DNA of 64,000 nt, from contig QPMI01000150.1 of NCBI GenBank assembly GCA_004431415.1, positions 155,668 to 219,667 of the forward strand, in the 5' to 3' direction. Source of the stretch: Cyanophora paradoxa CCMP329. Lineage: Eukaryota; Plantae; Glaucophyta. The position numbers were made by a program, and so were the translations under genes. Below are positions 61,024 through 64,000 of the stretch, piece after piece. The notes beneath the pieces are model-generated. The model did not search any database, was not told the DNA's origin, and saw nothing but the letters and a program-made list of their open reading frames with translations. The first letter of the stretch is position 1. The number at the start of each line of letters is the position of its first letter.

Positions 61024-61850
61024 ATGGCAGAGAAGAAATCGTATTGCCTGGAAAAGCTCAAAGCGGCTTTAATGTTGCTTTGTGGATCTGATAACTTCAA
61101 TGATTATGTTGCTCTTGGAAGTAACAGAAACCGCTCCCTCTTTGGGCAAAGCTTGCAAAATATGGATTAAGTGACTATGACCTGCCTCCAGAGTCTGAGC
61201 ATTGCGCCTGTGATCATCCAATTAAAGAGCAATGCTATATTCTGCATGTTAATAAAAAGATTGTGGTCATTGTTGGGAATTGCTGCATTTTACGATTTAT
61301 TCCAAAGGGTGCCAGAGGTCAAGATATATGTGAAAGATGTGGAGATCGGCATAAAACCGAAAGGATAATTTCTGTAATAAGTGCAGAATCGCTTTAAAGC
61401 AAGAAGAACTGGAAAAAAAAAGAGAACTGAAAAACAAGAGGAAGCTCGAAAGAGGCAGCTTGAATTAGAAGAAAGAGAGCGAAGACAGAGAGAATTAGAA
61501 CAAGAAAGAGCAAGGAATAAACATGCAGTTAATCTTTTCCTGATTTGGTGCAACCAATTTATTCCGAAAATGGATAATCTTCGCAGAGATGATATAGAGA
61601 GGTTCAGAGAGGGCAGATCTGCATTGATGAAATGTATGCAGAACTCAGTACAACAAATACATTGGTTGCTGGTTTCAGGTGCCATATCTCAAAAAGGATA
61701 TTGCAAAGACTAGATTGCAGATGGAATAAGGACAAGAAAACATGGGAGACCTTGGAAATCGAACCATTTGTAGCATTGCTAGGTAAGCATTTCAAACTAA
61801 TGTATATGAGCGATTTGGACAAAGAGGTTAGAGAACAAAAAATGATTTAA
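61024..61850 (+). CDS. Viral Zn-finger protein with coiled coil and DUF5710-like tail (frameshifted)
   Basis: Across frames it reads HCACDHPIKEQCYILH..VGNCCILRFI..CERCGDRHK.RKDNFCNKCR, then a charged coiled coil, then ILQRLDCRWNKDKKTW. Confidence 0.55.
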
Positions 61851-61886
61851 AGAATTCTCTATATATATTAGAGAGACAGAGGAAAA

Positions 61887-62139
61887 ATGCCACTCAGTGA
61901 AGCCAGAAGAGAGCTATGAAGAGATATCAGCAAACTGAAAAAGGTAAGGCTCAAATCAAAAAGTTTAACGAAAAATAGCCACACAGCTAAGAGATCTATA
62001 TAACAATGATGATACTTATAGAGCCATGAAAATAGCCAGTTCATGTCAGCGAAAGTATGCAGCCAATGCAGTCTGCTTTGTCAAGTATTTGTATGATGTC
62101 CCTTACTCAAATCGAGGGAGAAAATCGAAACATGTCTAA
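61887..62139 (+). CDS. Small basic viral protein (frameshifted)
   Basis: MPLSEA.KRAMKRYQQTEKGK-type start directly after the promoter motif. Confidence 0.4.
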
Positions 62140-62291
62140 ATTATTTTTCCCAGCATATTACTAGGCTGGGATATGCTGTTTATTCGCTGAAATACTACTT
62201 TATCGTTTTGTATCTGAACCACTCGATATATCATGTGGATAAATTCGTAGGATACTTTCTCGATTTCCAACAAAAAATGATTGGGGGACCC

Positions 62292-62331
62292 AAAACTACT
62301 TAAAGAAAAATCTCTATATATATAAAAGGAC
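62292..62331 (+). promoter_or_regulatory. Second copy of the viral promoter-like motif
   Basis: AAAACTACTTAAAGAAAAATCTCTATATATATAAAAGGAC just upstream of the ATG at 62346. Confidence 0.75.
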
Positions 62332-62345
62332 CCCGATCGCTGAAA

Positions 62346-64000
62346 ATGAACGCCAAACAGACTAAATCGCTCAAATCGCTCGCTAACTGGCTCAGATCTG
62401 ATGAGGATCTAGCCAAAAACATGATTATCCAGTGAAACCTGACAGCAAAGACCCTGTTTTCAAGCATAAGGAGGTGCTTGGTCCTGGGAAAAAGTATGAG
62501 GAAGCGCTGCAACTAATCAGTATGTATCTTGGGCATTCTGCTCTCAGACAACATGATGGTTATGACTTTGATGATGAGGAGGACTTTGAAGAAATTCCGA
62601 GATATGTTCCTGATGACTTTGATGCCAATCACCCATGGCAAAAACTAAAAAAGGCTATCATGTCTACTTCAAACGACCTGAGGAGTTCACTAAACTCAAA
62701 TTACCGATAAGGCTCCAGGCTTTAAAGGCTTTGAAAAGGTTGACCTGAAAACAATCACTGGAACTGGAACTTCTGGATTAATTAATGTTTGTCCAGTGTC
62801 AACAAGACCTGGGTAATTGCTCCATGGGATGATACCTGTGATTTCAATGAGCCTACTGATGAGTTTAAAAAGTGGATTGCAGAGAACTATATCTATAAGA
62901 GTGAGTATACTGCTAGTGCTAGCTCAAATATGAACTGGAAAAGAGATTCTTAAAGAGCTGGTGGATATGGGCTTTATGCATCCCAATATAATCTCTAAAA
63001 CTGAACTTGGCTTTAGCTTTGATGCTGCTAATAAGGGACTCAATTGCCCATGCTGCAATGGTTCCCATGAATCGAATAACTGGTATGTTATGAAAGCCAA
63101 AGGAGAAGATAAAAAGTATATTGTGTCCAGCTACAGTGGCAATTGCAAAAAACGATTTATCTTCATTGGAATGCAATCTGATATCTTCAATCTCATTGAT
63201 AAATCCGCTGGTTCTGGAGGCGCTCATTATGATGTCAGTCTTGTGTGCAAAGAGGTCCTAACAACACACTTGGAGATACTCCAAAAAGTCATGGTTCAAA
63301 CTCAATACTGATACTGGGATTTGGGAGCATGATGACACAAACCAAAAGATTTACCTAGATATTAGTTGCCTTGTTGTCCCTCAATACCTTGGCAGGCTGT
63401 GCATTATAGCCAAAGAGCTTTGAAGGATGAAGAGAATAGAACAGCTTTCGAGAGAAATCGAAAACATTAATTTCTATTGCCAAAAATCTTAAACAATCAG
63501 GATATCGCAAATCCCTCTGACTGATTTGCTCCTCTGCTCAATGATGATGAGTTCTATGAGAAGATTGATACAGTTCCATATGTTATTGGATTCGATAATG
63601 GTGTGTTGATCTGACAACTATGACTTTCAGAAAGGGTAAACTGGAAGATATGGTGAGCAAGAGTGTGGGTTATGATTATACTGACAATGTGGACCCAAGA
63701 AAGTGGAGCATCTCAACCAGATTTATAGAGAGATTGTAGATGATCCAGCAGAGCGAAACTATCTTCTGGCATCTATTGCCATTGCTTTGAGTGGATCAAC
63801 AAAATCACAGAAGTTCTACATGTGGACTGGTGCTGGTGCTAATGGTAAATCACTTGTTCAGGAATACTGCAAACAGATATCTGGGGCTTATTACAGCCCT
63901 CTCGAAATATCCTATTGGACCAAACCTAAGAAGAACTCATCAGATGCTACCCCTGAACTTGCCAAACTCCTGGAAAGCGACTTGTATTCAGTAATGAGGC
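62346..64000 (+). CDS. Primase / D5-like SF3 helicase (frameshifted, runs off window)
   Basis: Prim-pol-like N-terminus II(P)VKPDSKDPVFKH, Zn knuckle CPCCNGSH, D5_N-like IGFDNGV.DL..FRKG..EDMVSKSVGYDY, Walker A WTGAGANGKS, and ATPELAKL.GKRLVFSNE (Walker B). Confidence 0.85.

Larger units (their letters stand above)
54563..64000. mobile_element. Polinton/Maverick-like endogenous viral segment B (continues beyond window)
   Basis: AT-rich, intronless, compact genes: rve integrase, protein-primed PolB, Zn-finger gene and primase-D5 helicase. A shared upstream motif precedes several genes. Confidence 0.9.

Noticed and set aside
60100-64000. Programmed frameshifting or pseudogenisation of the PolB 5' end, ZnF and D5 genes
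   Set aside because: The breaks appear to be mostly single-base losses with motifs otherwise intact, typical of long-read consensus error. This cannot be separated from decay without reads.
45090-64000. Capsid, protease genes and Polinton TIR/TSD
   Set aside because: No jelly-roll capsid or adenain-like ORF and no convincing terminus could be identified within the window.

Overview
This is eukaryotic nuclear DNA from a very GC-rich, short-intron-rich flagellated protist; the style is compatible with a glaucophyte such as Cyanophora, but the species cannot be confirmed. The left half (1 to ~35.4 kb) holds host genes: a bZIP-like factor, an AXDND1-like axonemal dynein light-chain-domain protein, an AT-hook orphan, two helical/TPR-like orphans, a RING-HC protein, WDR11, and the 3' half of an RNAi-type RNA-dependent RNA polymerase (RdRP) with an internal 613-bp triplication. 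The RdRP breaks off at ~35,390. From there to the window end is a nested pile of mobile elements. (1) A Helitron-like element carries a terminal hairpin, a hierarchical 166/170-bp satellite, a cargo gene and a ZnF + DUF6570-like RepHel N-terminus. (2) It is interrupted by AT-rich Maverick/Polinton-like viral DNA encoding an A32-like packaging ATPase, rve integrase, protein-primed PolB, a Zn-finger gene and a primase-D5 helicase. (3) That DNA is interrupted by a GC-rich APE-type non-LTR retrotransposon. (4) The retrotransposon is cut off at a 283-bp MITE. The most notable signals are a LINE ORF1 studded with apparently 3n, stop-free spliceosomal introns, a Polinton PolB with an eroded proofreading domain, iteron/AT-core origin-like hairpins, and the stacking of these elements inside the host RNAi amplifier gene. 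Most long ORFs in the supplied track are GC-rich shadow frames. Exon boundaries were inferred by eye, and many single-base frameshifts look like long-read consensus errors.
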